Assembly (NCBI GenBank): GCA_034780895.1
Contig: JAUZTB010000048.1
Span: 28,742,058-28,806,057, forward strand
Length of the DNA: 64,000 nt
Origin: Rhynchobatus australiae
Lineage: Eukaryota
Direction: 5' to 3'
Shown: positions 40,336 to 53,869 of the stretch, in pieces
Layout: each line of letters begins with the position of its first letter
Numbering within the stretch: the stretch's first letter is position 1
Position numbers and translations under genes: made by a program
Notes under the pieces: generated by a model
Told to the model about the DNA's origin: nothing
Database searches by the model: none
The model's input: only the letters and a program-made list of their open reading frames with translations

Positions 40336-43300
40336 TTCAGTTTTACTGGTGTCTGACAGCTGTTCTTGGATCCCATAAAGAAGTTCCTCTTTCACTTAAC
40401 ATAAAATTACTGGGCGATGGGGAAAGAGTTGGGGAATGGGACTGATGTGCCTGTTGGTTGGGCTCAGCATCTCAAGTAGCCGGTGCTGTGACGATTCCAA
40501 GAAGTGTGACATTCGCACCATAAACCTGCCTTTTGACCTCTTATTGTTTCCCTTGGTCTTGGCCAACCTCCAGCAGCAGTGGATTAACTGACAATTTGTC
40601 TCATTTGTCATTTATGGGACTTTGCTGTGTGCTGCTACTGTCCTGTATGTGTAATTTGGAATATCCTGAGATGCTAAATGACGCAAGGTCTTTCATTGCT
40701 CAGTCTTTTGTATTGCAATGATTGTCATATCAAATCACTTGGAACTCCAATGAGCAACATTCCATTGCATTATTTCTTTTGAGGAGTGTTTTCTTATCAA
40801 TTTAATAATTGAAGTCAAAATACACATGCTTTGAATTTACTTTTTATGGTCAACTGCATGGCCATTAGTTGCAGAGAAAGTTACTTGCAAGTTGGTGTTA
40901 ACTGTCAAACAAGGGAATTGCTGAAATAGCTTCAGCTTTTTTAAGGTACACAAGGTTAGCTCTATTTATCAGTATCTTGTTCTTCAGCACTGCACCAAGT
41001 ACACATAATTGGGAAGAAAACTGAGGGAGTTCATGGCTGCTGAGAGTTTTAAAAACTCACTGGGGCTAATTTACAAAATGGACACCTGATTTTGGTGAAT
41101 TGATGGACAAACGGGTCTTTTTCTTCTGCAAATCATTTGAGGCATTTACCTAATCTAAAACATCTTGTGAAATAGTCACAGGCATTGCTGTCTTTCATTG
41201 GTCTAAGGAATCTGAATGATACCATATGTGCAGTTCTGGGAACAGGAAATGTTTTTCATATCTTTGTGTTGGTAATANNNNNNNNNNNNNNNNNNNNNNN
41301 NNNNNNNNNNNNNNNNNNNNNNNNNNNNNNNNNNNNNNNNNNNNNNNNNNNNNNNNNNNNNNNNNNNNNNNNNNNNNACTTTGTTTGCAGAAGCAGAGAC
41401 TAGTGGGAAATGCTCGTCTGTGTTTTTCATTTATTGATTTTTTTTTTGGTCAAAGAAAAAATCAACCCAGGATCACAGATCCCTGCCAGGCTTCAAATAA
41501 ATGAGAACCTATCGTGACTCATGAAATTATATGGACACTTACTCTTCTGGTTTGAATACGTGCAATTAAAATTGCAGTGGATGTTTCTCACTGAAGGTAT
41601 AAAATCAGCAATACTTTTGAATTCGTTCCAGATACTTATTTAAGTAAGCAGTTCCACAATTCTGGCCCATGAAATGGAACAGAGTCGAAATGAGCCAGAC
41701 CAGGAGATCCAGCCAGAGAATACTGCTTTCCTGAAGCACGGCACCAACTTTTGAGGGAGTATGGGGGGGTGGGAGGGAAACAGTAACGGTTGACTTACAT
41801 AGTGGCTGGACCCCCTTTAACATTAACATTCTGATAATGGGCAGGAAATTTGACACTTGTATTCTCTCAAGTGTCCACTGTGGTGTGTTTTACTTTGTAT
41901 CATAGAATAATTAACAGAGATGGATCCATTTTCTTTCTTTCCCCTCTCTCCAAGAGCATTGTAACTGCTGCATTCTGTAAGAGTGCATTCAAAAATGGAA
42001 TGAAGCTGAAGGGAAATATTTGAACATTGAGATAACTATGTGTTGGCATCAGGAAGTCAATAGTTCCTATCTGAAAAATGTTGAAACTTTATTATTGTTT
42101 TAATTCATGGCTTTCATTTAACAAGGCTTTGAATTAATGCTGCATTTTGTGGAAGTGTTTCACTGTCAAAAGGTGAGAATTATAGGTTCTAAGATTACTG
42201 TGTTAGTTGGATAATGAGTGATTTCTTTTAAAGCCCAAGAAGATTCTCCAAATATAAATTTATCAAATAGTGAAGGAAAGGGAGCATATTCAGATTAATT
42301 CTACAGCTGCCCAATTCCCCTTTTGTCATGGCTGACTTATATCCGATGAATGAGGGTTAACGGACTGGATTGGTGTAAGAGAAGCTTGACGCATCCTATA
42401 GTTACCTTTTTCCGGGTTTCTGGGACAAACTAAATTAGCTGAAATTTGTTGACACAAATATTTTCAATGCCAGGGCAAATGATTCCACTCCAGGTAACAG
42501 CACTGAGATATCCAAATGAATGCTATTTAAGTCCCTTAAAATGGCTGTATGCACAGAATGAACAAGTAATAGCAAAGGTCTCACTGGATGCCCATTTGAT
42601 GCCAGTTGTGTGAATTGTTACATCCAAATCCAAGTAGTCTTCTTTGGACTAAAATTCTACTTTTTTTGTGGTGGTGCTCTTATTTTAAGAGGAAATCCAT
42701 CCCTTCTCCTTTTGGATGGACAATGTTGCTGCTTAATTCACTCTTGCCTCAGGGAATGGGGCACTAATTGGTCTGCAATATTTATACTAGCTCATCAATG
42801 CAGGGAAGTGAAGATTTGCCAGCTGAAGAAATTGTGTCATCCACAGTGGGATGTGTTGGCTTTTTGTCATTGCATTTAGATTATTATACTCCTAATTTCA
42901 GTTGCATCACAAGTCATTAGCAATTGAGTGCTTTCATTGTGCACGAGGGAACTGTATTTGTCAAGTACATTGTGATCCACCCACGGACAGTAATTTCTTC
43001 ATGACCTTTTGGGGTGGGGGGGAAATTCCTGTAGATATCTTGCCCACAGAAGCCATACGTCAGCTCCATTCCTTGGTTAAGTTTAAGCTTTGAGGATCCT
43101 GTACGATGTCTTCTTGGAGATCAACTGGATAATCAATGGTTTGTATTAATAGTGTACACTTATAAATTTAGCGAGAAAATTTGGTGTTTTACTGTTTAAA
43201 CAGTAATCAACAGTCACTGTTCATCCTATACTATGAACGCCAGTAATTTCCAACTGTACACCAGATCCTGTGTTAAATGTTCACCACTGAACTGCTTTTG

Positions 43301-43479
43301 GATTTGTGTACAAAATCAGGTAATGGAAACATTTGACACTTATTACAAGTTTTTTTTTAATCTGACCATGATTATGTACTTTGTTGCTTTCAATACAGGT
43401 TCTTCTGAAATAAAGTCAAGGATTGTTCTGCTGCATACCATGTTGATACTTCTAAGCTCTGATGCAATTAACCCTTGAG

Positions 43480-43887
43480 TTATTCTCATTGGAGGAGAGA
43501 AGATTTAAGAATTAACTTGAATAAATGTTAATAAACATGAATTGTTTTGAATGGAGTAAATAGGGTAAAGCTGTTTCCAGTGGCAGAAGGATCACCAGCT
43601 GGAGAGTTTAGATTTAAAGTACTTAAAGAACCAGACATCTTGTGAGGAACCTTTTTCTCTTTGTCGTAAACAGTAGGTTGCTGTCTTCTGGAATGGACTG
43701 CCTGAGAAGGTAGTGAGAGCAAATTCAGTGGAACCTCTCAAAAGGGGATTGGATGAAATATTTGAAGGGAGAAAATCCAAGGGATATAGGGAGAAGAATG
43801 GCTATTAATTGGATAGTTTTACCAAAGGGCCTGTACAGCTACGGTTGGCTGAATGGTTCTTCTGTCCTGTATTGTTCTCTGGTTCTA
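43480..43887 (+). mobile_element. CR1 3' end
   Basis: LFSLEERR, KLFPVA, WNGLPEKVVRA, ...ggctgaatggttcttctgtcctgta tail. Confidence 0.8.
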
Positions 43888-44767
43888 AATATTTTTATTG
43901 GGGTTATTAACCTACAATATCCCAAAGGACAATCATGATAGAGATTATTTAAGAAAATATCCTCTGGGAAGATCCACTGTTTCTCCTGGTGGTCTGATTA
44001 ATNNNNNNNNNNNNNNNNNTACAAGCTGAATATGGAAGCTTTTCTGTGAAGTGCGGCATTCACTCACTCCACTTACATCTATAAGAAAATAAGCCCAAGG
44101 AGTAAATAAAAATTACAGAAGTGCATTTGAGGGTTTGGTGTATCTTTTGTACATTTTGTGTAGTATTACAAATTGACAGGGTTGTCAAGGAAACACTCTG
44201 TTCGAAAGGCCATAATTCCTGTCCTTTTCTGCTTGCAGATTGCTGAGCCATTAATGGAAAAGAGCAGGCTGCATCACTGGTATTTCTAACATTGCTCACC
44301 TTCAACAAATTAAGAAATCCTATTGATAAGCTTCATACCCTTGAGCTTTATGTAAGCAAGAAACACAATCTCAGAGGATTAATCTGAATAATAAGCTTCA
44401 ACATAAAATAAGAATTGGTTCTTGGCGCACTCCTTGTGACTTGCCTTGATGTATGCCATTGATAAGCAGCTACTATTTATTTCCCACAGTTCTCATTCAT
44501 GTGGTAGTAAAGTAACCAAATCATTGAATTTATTTTGCCTGTTAATTGTGGGGGGGGGGAGCTGCTTTTCAAGCTATTTCTTGATCTTCAATAATGTAAT
44601 ATGGAATGTGATCCATATATCAGAGAATCATTTGGTTAAGAACACACAAAATTGCACTGGGATTGAAGAATGACCTGTGCTTAATCTTCAATGTTGTCAC
44701 CAAAATCTGATATTAAATTGCCAGCATTAATTTTTATTGTTGCTGATTTGTATTTTGAAAATTTAAA

Positions 44768-44968
44768 TTTCGATTCCCGTCACTGCCTGTAAGGAGTTGG
44801 TATGTTCTCCCTGTGCCTGAGTGGGTTTCCTCAGGTGTTGCAGTTTCCTCCCACATTCTAAAGACGTACAGGTAGGTTAACTTGGGGTTTAAGATGGGCA
44901 GCGCGGACTCGTTGGGCCAGAAGGGCCCGTTACTATGCTGTAAATAAAACTTAAATTTAAAATTTAAA
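44768..44968 (+). mobile_element. 5'-truncated V-SINE with probable 10-bp TSD
   Basis: V-domain gtatgttctccctgtg...gggtttcctcaggtg...tttcctcccac and CR1-type tail gggccagaagggcccgtt. aaaatttaaa occurs at 44758-44767 and 44959-44968. Confidence 0.88.
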
Positions 44969-45157
44969 CTGACTGGCTTTAATTTTTTTCTCATCTTTCT
45001 CTTGTGTAAGGATTAGACAATGTTTGGGGGGGGACGACAAAAAACAGCAGTTTTCGTCTTTTGGGTAAAATGGTTGATAGTTCAACATTTGTGGGCAGTT
45101 CCCTTGTTGGGCATTGTTCCTGCTCTAATGCTGCAGATGACAATTGTACCCTGTGGG

Positions 45158-45159
<2 letters not shown>

Positions 45160-45188
<29 letters not shown>
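45160..45188. repeat. (GA)n microsatellite
   Basis: Perfect ga run. Confidence 0.97.
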
Positions 45189-45192
<4 letters not shown>

Positions 45193-45809
45193 GTCTTGCT
45201 GATATGTGTCCTGACTGTGAGTATAGAGGAATGCTTATTATTGGTCTGATTTCTGTAATAGTTTAAAGGTGCATATCCAAGCATCTGCTGCAAAGTTATA
45301 GACATCTGTAAGTGATTTACAAGAATAAATATCAAATATTAATTTACAGCCAAGGGCTAGGTGCCATTTATAATGCATTAGATGTTCATACATGTTATCC
45401 CAATTTTAAGTTCCCACTCCTGCCTGCTGCAAAATCTCACAGTGCCACGGATTAAGTCTGTTAAACCTCATTTATTGCCAGGGAGAATTCTCCTCTGACT
45501 CATGCAGAGTCTTTACCAGAGGTCTCCCCAGTACAGAGGGGCAGATATTAATTTGGACAGTCCTTGTCACACACTTAAACAATGCAACCACACCAATTTC
45601 AATTGGGGAGCCTAAGATGCAAAGAAACCATCACACTCATTGTTTAGGACAAAACCTCACACTTATTGTTCAGTATGATTGGCTTACAATCAAGTTCCAG
45701 ACGCAGTAATCACCACCTGGTCGTGAGTCAGGGGCTTACGTGCGTAGTTTTTTTTTGCATTAGTTAGATGTACGGTTACAATTTCTTAACCCTTTACTTC
45801 CTCGTACAG

Positions 45810-45925
45810 ATATTTAATGTATTTGGAATGAGTGAAGTAAATGCCGTGTAGTATTGCTGAAAGGGTATATTTATGTCACATGCTAAATACTGGAATGTGG
45901 CAAGCATTACTGGCAACAGATTACA
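45810..45925 (+). other. Candidate exon, possible start MLNTGMWQALLATDY (ATG 45880, phase 1)
   Basis: Branch-like tcttaac plus cctttacttcctcgtacag acceptor, and consensus donor ACA|gtaagt. All frames are closed at the 5' part, so this is a UTR or start exon. Confidence 0.45.
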
Positions 45926-47424
45926 GTAAGTAAACTATTGTCCTGATTCGCAGGATAGCTCTAAGATTGTCACAGACTGCCTCACATTGGTCACTTATAT
46001 TTTGATATTCCATGTGGTAGGTGTGTATAAATGGTAAATCATTTGCAGCTGTTTGAATATTCCATTTTTAAAGGAAATTACTGTAGTCTTTCATTTGGTG
46101 CACACAAATATGTAATTGGTGATATATTTTTAAAAAGTCAGCTGTTAGCATAACTCAAGCAGTTCACTCTTGCAGCAACAACTGCCAAAACTCAAGCCAA
46201 ACTTGAAACAAAAGTCTGACTTCCTCATCATACATTGCTAGTCAGCCATCTTGAGTATAATGAGGGGTTGTCATTTTGGGGCTAATTTGTACCACCTGGT
46301 AAGTGAGAAGACTTGTGGTTTATCTTTTATCCCAACTGGAAAGCTTTGAATGGATGATAGAATAGCAGACTGCTAGATTGAATTTTTAAGAAGCAGTTTG
46401 GCATCCGTGTGGCTGAGAAAGAGGATGTCAGAGTATAAAAAGTAATGCACTGGAATCTTTTACTGCATTTTTTTTGTATGGCAGCTTCAGAGATTGAGTA
46501 AGATGAGCTTGGCGATGTAATGAAATCCAGATTGAAGAGTGAAATAACGATCCATTTGCCAGCGTTCATGCATCTGTCCTTGGGACAAGTACATAAAGTT
46601 AAAGGAAGTATTGAGACTGGTGCAGGAACAGTGGGTTCCTTTGTGATTAGAGAACACAGCAGTTTGTATTGATCTATTGTTCTTTTTTTCTCAATCTTAA
46701 TTTTCAAATTAACACAGAATAATACATATAACATCGATGATTATATACATGATGCAAAGAGATCAATACAGATTGGTATATAGCATCAAAGTTCGTACAT
46801 GTATTACAAAGAGATCTGGATATCACTCAAGNNNNNNNNNNNNNNNNNNNNNNNNNNNNNNNNNNNNNNNNNNNNNNNNNNNNNNNNNNNNNNNNNNNNN
46901 NNNNNNNNNNNNNNNNNNNNNNNNNNNNNNNAAGATCACGAAAGCATACTATTCCCTTTTCCATATGGAAAAAGCTGAGACAACTCTGGATGGATGATCT
47001 ATTGTTTGTTTGAATATTTGATGGTGGGTACAATTCCCACTGTAATCTATGGTTGTTTCCTGGTAAATGTTCCAGAGCCAGTGTCATTTTATTGTTTTAA
47101 TTGTCTTTTTCATTTAATAGTTGAGAAGTGTAAAGTAAATTTTGCATGTTGAAATACTCAATCCCAAAGTGAACAAAACTCAAGCAATTTATTGGAATAA
47201 TCCACTTTAGAAAGTCTTTAATAGGAAATGAAAATCAAAGAAAAGTGCAGGTGCTGGAAAATAGAATATGCTGAAACACTTGTTTACAGTATTTCCTGTC
47301 GTTGTCAGAAGGCCATTAATTGGTTATCATAGTAAACTTGATTAAATGTGACATGATGTGATTTTCATTATATCTGGATTTTTATGTATTCCATAAATAA
47401 TCTTTATTACACTAAGTGTAAACT

Positions 47425-47720
47425 TGGCTCAGTTGATAATTTTGTTTCTGAAACAGAAGGCAATAAGTTCAAGACCCACTCAGGCTGACATTTCAGTGCA
47501 TTGAAGTACTGGATTGCTAAAATGACGATTCTGTAGATCAGCTACCTTTTGGGTAAACAGCAAAGTTTCCATTTTGCTGTGTGAAGAAAAATTGTCACTT
47601 TCATCATCCTCTCAACAGCAATCAAAATAAGCAAACTAGTCCTTCTGACTTTTGTGAGACATTGCTTTGTGCAAAATCATTGTTCACAACGATGGATTGT
47701 GGTATAATGAATTCTGTGTG
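47425..47720 (+). mobile_element. Degenerate Deu-domain SINE
   Basis: ggctcagttg...tctgaaacagaaggc...gttcaagacccactcaggctgacatttcagtgcattga...ttgtgagacattgctttgtgcaaa. Confidence 0.6.
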
Positions 47721-48649
47721 CCTATCTGTGGTGTATCTGCACAGTTATGTAATGCTAGATGAATGTTTTGCAGGAGACTATAATGAAGGTGCTGGGCATT
47801 AATATGAGAGTCCCGTGAATTTGAAATTATTTTATGAAATGATGCGCTACACATCCTAGTGAATTTATCCGCTGAGTAGCTAAGGCAAACAGGTTGGGGA
47901 AAGTGTCTGTATCAATGTTGCATTGAGTTCATGGAGGTGGTCAACAAGATACTAAAAGTGGCTGCCGTATGCACTGTTTTTTGAGGAGCCCTTCATTAAT
48001 GGGTGACTTTCTCAGCACTATACTTGTGTGGATAGCCAAGAGATGAAATGGTGTGGCACAGAGGACCCAATAGTTGATTAGCTTGCCATTGGTTGGAGTT
48101 GCATGGCTTCCAGAGTGAGGGACTGGAAAGCAATTATGTCCACAAAACCATGGCAGAGCCAGGATTTAGCCTTTTAAGGAGGGATGAGGTAGAATTGACA
48201 TTAAAAATCCTTGGAACTGAAGCATGAATTTTTGGGTAACATGGAAGATAACTGGCAAGATTTAAGTAGATTACAATAATTTTTAATTTGGTTAAACGTT
48301 TAGAGTATTGCAGTGGATTTATGGTTTGATCTGAATTTAATCTAACAGGGGACTTTAAAGGAGCAATCATGCCATGGCAATTTTTCAGCCTCTGTACATC
48401 TCACTGTAACATGCTGCAGTAATATAATGCTGCCACTGTTGGCTGGTATCTGCTGGTCTTGATCCCCTCAGTGAACAATAGTAAAAATGTGTTTACAATT
48501 GAATTGAGGAGTAACTTGGCAAGATCTGATTTGTTTATTGCATGCTGAGACATCCCTTGAATGTTTTACATATGATTATTTGTTTATCAGCGAGGATAAT
48601 CCTCAATGCGAGATGAACTTTAATAATTGCCAGCATTTTATTTGCAAAA

Positions 48650-48886
48650 CCTCCACCAGGGAGGAGGTACAGGAGCCTGAAGACCCACACTCAACTATTC
48701 GGGAGTGGCTTCTTCCCCTCCATCAGACTTCTGAACAGTCCATGAACACTACCTCATTGTTCCTTTTTTGTTTTGCACTATTTATTTTGTAATTTATAGT
48801 TTTTTTTAATGTCTTTGCACTGTACTGCTGCCACAAAACAACAAATTTCATGTCACAAAAGATAGTGATGATAAACCCGATTCTGA
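48650..48886 (+). mobile_element. Rex1 LINE 3' end, second subfamily
   Basis: PPGRRYRSLKTHTQLFGSGFFP, with a distinct UTR ending gtgatgataaacccgattctga. Confidence 0.85.
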
Positions 48887-50909
48887 ACTGATCCATTTGG
48901 ACTGAGTGCATGGAGCCATTGATAATGTTTGCAGTTTTGAATTTCCCCAAATGTTGCCAACAAGTTGCATCCTTATTGCGACATTTTCTTACTTTAATGT
49001 TAATGAGAGGAAGATCGTTCAACAAAAACAAGGGCTCAAGAAAACGGCCATAACAAGCAAAAGATTTGAGGGGCACACTGACGGACGAAATCTAATGAAT
49101 ACTTACATATCTATTTGAAGTATCGACTGCTCACCAATGGAAGTCTTGGCAAAGGAAGTTCGGAGTTGGAGTGAAAATACTTGTAATTGAAATGGAATGA
49201 TTTCTTTTGTAGTTTTCAGTATGTAAAATGTATGGAGAAGTATTTCAACTCTGGTTGAGCAAAAACATGTTAAAGTTGGAGGGGAGGTATGAGATTCCAT
49301 TTTAATTTACTGGTGGCTAAATTGACAATTTCAATTTTATTTTTTTTGTTTGAATAACCTATCCTGAAGTGGCCTGCAGGATTCGTATGTGATTATTTAG
49401 TTCTTTAAACGAGATTATTTTCAATTCTGCATTTCTTTCCATCTGTTTTGATTTATTTCTATTCCTCTCCTTTGTCAAATGCATTTTAAAGAGAGTCCTG
49501 GCAGGCAGAAGGAATATCTTATTTTTTTTAAAAAAAAGCAAAGCAATTTGATGCCCTGCCTTTTCAGTGTCAGTATTGTGTTTTGTTATTGTAAGCACGT
49601 GATTTTTAACTGTAAAATGTTGGCCCCTCAAGATTTCAGTGGCAGAGCTGGGGTTACCAGTGAAGGGAGTGGGAATCTGTCCTGGAAGATGGTAATGAGC
49701 CTTGGGAGTAAAATAACTTGTGTATTTGTTGTGCTAGTGCCTTCATCGGCATTCCCCATCTCTGCACTACACTAAAATCACAGCCCTCTTTCCCCAACAA
49801 GGTGGAAGCAACTGTCCTCAGTGTTTGACATTGTATAAAAAAAAACTGTGGCATAAACTAGTTGTTGAAACTTGATTTCAAGGCTTGTCAGGTTGACACT
49901 TGGCTCCTTCATGCTATATTGTTGAAATACTCTTTTATAAAGCAGTGACGGGTGGCTGGCATGGTGATCTGTCCTTGTGTCGCTGTCACTAAAGCTGAAT
50001 GAGAGTTCCTTTCAAGTGCTTAAATTGTCGTTAAGTTGAGAAAGACCACTTTCTGGCATTGAGTTCCCTTTTGTGAACCTGTCATCTTGCTCTCTTTTAG
50101 AGTCTGTCTTGTCCTCTCTATTTAGCAACTATTTCTCAATTTAAAGTTGGCAATTGATTTTTGATTTACTGAATTTTCTGTGGTAAATGGACATCTGGCT
50201 TGCTTTGTTACCAAGCAAATAACTTTTAATTTTTAATCATAAATTCTGTTCTCCTTAAATACTTGGCGATTTACCTTAATGGTTTCAATGCATTCTAAGA
50301 GTCACTGAAGAGCAGGTACTTGGTTAAGTCAACTAGTTGCATTTGACACAAAGGTAGAAACTACTTGGCCTACACTGCAAAATGGGCAGTCTCCTATCTA
50401 CTGTCTATATTAGTCACTGTCCAATATTTGACTGGATTTACGAGAGCAGAATGGAATGTGTGTAGCAGGTGGCTGATGTGCCTAAGATGAAGTTGGACCC
50501 ACATTGTGTTGAGTCACTGGGAGAATTGGGCTGAATTCCAATGCTCAAGCCAAGTAAGTATGGGGAAATGCTGATGTTCTGCTTATGCTTGTACTCTAAC
50601 ATGGATTATTGTAGAATTTGGTGCATGTGTCAATTTTCAACAGTCTTTTTATGGAAGTATCAATCATGGGCAGGGTGGTCTTATCGGTGTTTAAGTCTTC
50701 CAAAACTGGGTTACAAACAAGCATGGCGCACATTCTGCCTGCTGTGTTACCTTGTAGATTGGATTCCTGTCTTTGGATGGATTGGATTCTCCTGCCTTGA
50801 TAGCAAGGCCTGTGGTATTTACTTTGCTGCCATCCACAGACTGAAGGAAATGCACATTTCAAGTTCTGCTTTGAACTTTGGAAACTGGATCGGAGTAGGA
50901 GCTTTTTCC

Positions 50910-51160
50910 ATACTCCTCCATAGGCAGTTCTTTAGGATCAAGCAGACTTGCTTCCATTGTAGTCTCATGGGCTCTGAGGAGGCTGAGGCCAATGCAGGAA
51001 CTGCAGCAGTCAGTGGGCATGTTGCATTTCTTCAAGGAGACTTTGGGCACATTCCTGAATCTCTTCCTCTCTCCACCTTTTGTCATCTCTTCCCATGAAA
51101 GAGCTTTAATAATGTCTACTTCTGAGTCTGGTGTCAAGCATGTGAACGATGTGGCCTGTT
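50910..51160 (-). mobile_element. RTE/BovB 3' fragment
   Basis: Minus strand gives GHIVHMLDTRL...GGERKRFRNVPKVSLKKCNMPTD...SCIGL. Confidence 0.75.
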
Positions 51161-53869
51161 GATGTTGTCAACTGAGTGTAACACTGAGGATATTGGCAGA
51201 AGAGAGCTCTGGCGGTTCGCTTATCCATCGAGTGTACCTGGAGATGGTGATCTGTACACAACTGCCAGCTTTTGCAGTAGAATGTAGATTGTATATCTGC
51301 ACTGGTTTTTGTTTATGTTGAACAATGACTCCAGCATTGTCTCCCTGCTTTCCCCAGCCTAGTATATTTGAAGTTTGGATCTGCTCATTAAACTGTGTGG
51401 GTGCCCTGTCCTTGTTCTGGTGGTTGTCTTTTTTTGGGTTTCTAACAAGCCAGCCGTGAATATAGAAAGAAATCAGTTTTATCACATTATGAAAACTCCT
51501 TTCGGAAAGCTCCCAGCAAACTACTGGGGACAATGGAAATCTGGAATAATGGACAAAAAAGCTAGCGGCTCCCTTGCAGATAGCAATGAGGCAGACTGCT
51601 GACATTTGTCTACAGCATTCAACACGGGTCTCTACAGAGGTTTGGAATTCGTCTATTGAGTACTCATTGTATTCAGAATAAATACGGGAGAAGAGAGAAA
51701 GGGTTGTGTTGTGGTTGAAATTGAGTTCCTTGAAACTAATCCTGTTAACAGCATACATTCCTCTGAATAGCTGATCTTTTTCTTAGTATCAATTTTTAAA
51801 AACCCATCACTTTGATGGATGTTCCTTGCAAGCATTTCTTCCAACTTGGGTCTATAATTTTAATGCTTAAGTTATCTTTGCAACGCACAGAGTAGATCGC
51901 GGGGTGCACATTCAGCTCGTGTGGTACAGTGCAGACAGAAAAATATCACCCTGGATTATTTAGGATTTCTATTTTACCCCCACCCCTCACCTTCCCTGTT
52001 TTCTCCAGATGCCATGAACTGCTCATTGGTCGCACCCAGCAGTGGAAGACCCTTTGGGTGATTGACTTGCTCCAGTTAAAGCTGGCACACACTGCTTGAT
52101 GTTAAACTGCACTTCTGAAAAGACAGCAACCTCCCTGGGTTTTCAGATAAAGGAAAGGGGTTCTGGATTTGCAGCAGGACAGATGGATGTCCAGGCAAAC
52201 ACTTAAAAGACAATGGGAGTAGACACTATGGAGCTGGAAGTCAAGCTCCAAGGATTTGGATGCAGTGCAACAATGGAGGGTAGATTGGGCTAATGCAAAT
52301 GTCCTGCTTCTGAAGCAGGAAGCAACTAGTTCACTGCAATGGCTGCCTTGACAATGCTGTCTTTGTTCTGCTCTTAGTTCAGATGTGGCTTTAGCTGGTG
52401 CAGATTTCATTGAGTGCATCTTATTTCACAGCAGATAAAATGCATGTTTTCATTATAGTACAAGTTGGAGAATTGATTTCTGAACTTGTAAGGGTGGATG
52501 TGGGGCCTTAGTGAGAGCCCTTCTTTTCCTCCACTGATACCAACTCCCTATGCATCCCAAACTCGTCCCTCTTGAGAGCTTGTTTTGCTTCATGTGGTCT
52601 GTACTCACTGCCATTGTTGTGATGGCTGCAAGAGGGATGTCGACTATTCCCCCCATGCTGGGCCATGTAAAAATCTTGAAGTGAGCAAAATATACCTTCA
52701 AACAGCTATTGCATCACTTTAGACTCTTGAAACTCGAAACAACATATGAATAGCACTAATTATTTGCATTAGAAGTCGACCGGAATTTAAACTAAAACTA
52801 GGACTTGGGGAGGAAGAAGGTTTCCATCATGCCTCCAAACACGTGTTCTGCTACGCAATGAACGAGTGTTAGTTGGTGCACTGAGTTACACAATAATAGG
52901 GGAGGTATCAGATCAGTCATGTATCTGGTGGATACAACCAGCTGCTGTCAATCTGAATTAATAAAGACGTCCTACTGATTACTGCTGGTGGCCAAAAGAA
53001 AATTTCAGTTAACGTGCAAAGTACTCACTGCACTCGTCTCCACATTTGATTTTACTGAAACCACCAGAATCGACTGTATGGCCACGATTACTCTCCGCAA
53101 AACTGCTCATGTGGTTAGCGCTAGTGACCAAAGACACATTTCTCCTCCCAAAATCAAAGCCGAAACATTCATTAGGAATAATATTAGATGAAAGAAAAGG
53201 CATTTCCTTTCTGTTGGGGTATGAGGAAAGGCTAGAATTGGCGTAAAATAATGGCCAAATCTTGTGATTTTTGAAATTCTATTAAGGTGAGGTGCTGGAG
53301 ATATTTAATAACTTCTGCTGGCCCCAGCTCTGAAATTCAGTTCCTTTTTAATGTGTGTAAATTCTCACCTCTGTTCAAGATGCATCCGAAGAAGGGACCA
53401 GCCAAATATTAAATGACTTTTTAAAAAAAAATGTAACTGACAACCTTGTTGTGGTCCAGTGATTTAGACTTGCAAAGCAAAATCTGCAATTGCTGGAAAT
53501 GTGAAATAAAAATGGATGCTTGACTCGTTAAGTATTTTCATCAGGATCTGTGGAGAGAAAAACATTTGATGTTTCCAATCCATGATCTATTTGACTTGCG
53601 CTCATTCCTAAGCTAAACTCTCTCCCTCAGACCTGACTGACTCCAGTTTGTGGTAGGTTACACATTTTGAATTGACATTTCATAGCTGTTCAGTATCCAT
53701 TGAAGTATTGCCCATGACAACTAATTTTTTTTCTGTGGCTATCTAGATTCAGTTGGACAAATATGAATGTGCTTTTAATTGATGAAGGTTGACTTCCTTA
53801 ATTCCAAGAACACAAAATGGAAGTATCCATTCTGATGTGCATCAGTGATCATTTCATCCATTGTGCCTA

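Noticed and set aside
50541-51758. 185-aa and 196-aa ORFs
   Set aside because: The first partly overlaps the antisense of an RTE fragment. Neither shows a recognisable domain or exon structure.
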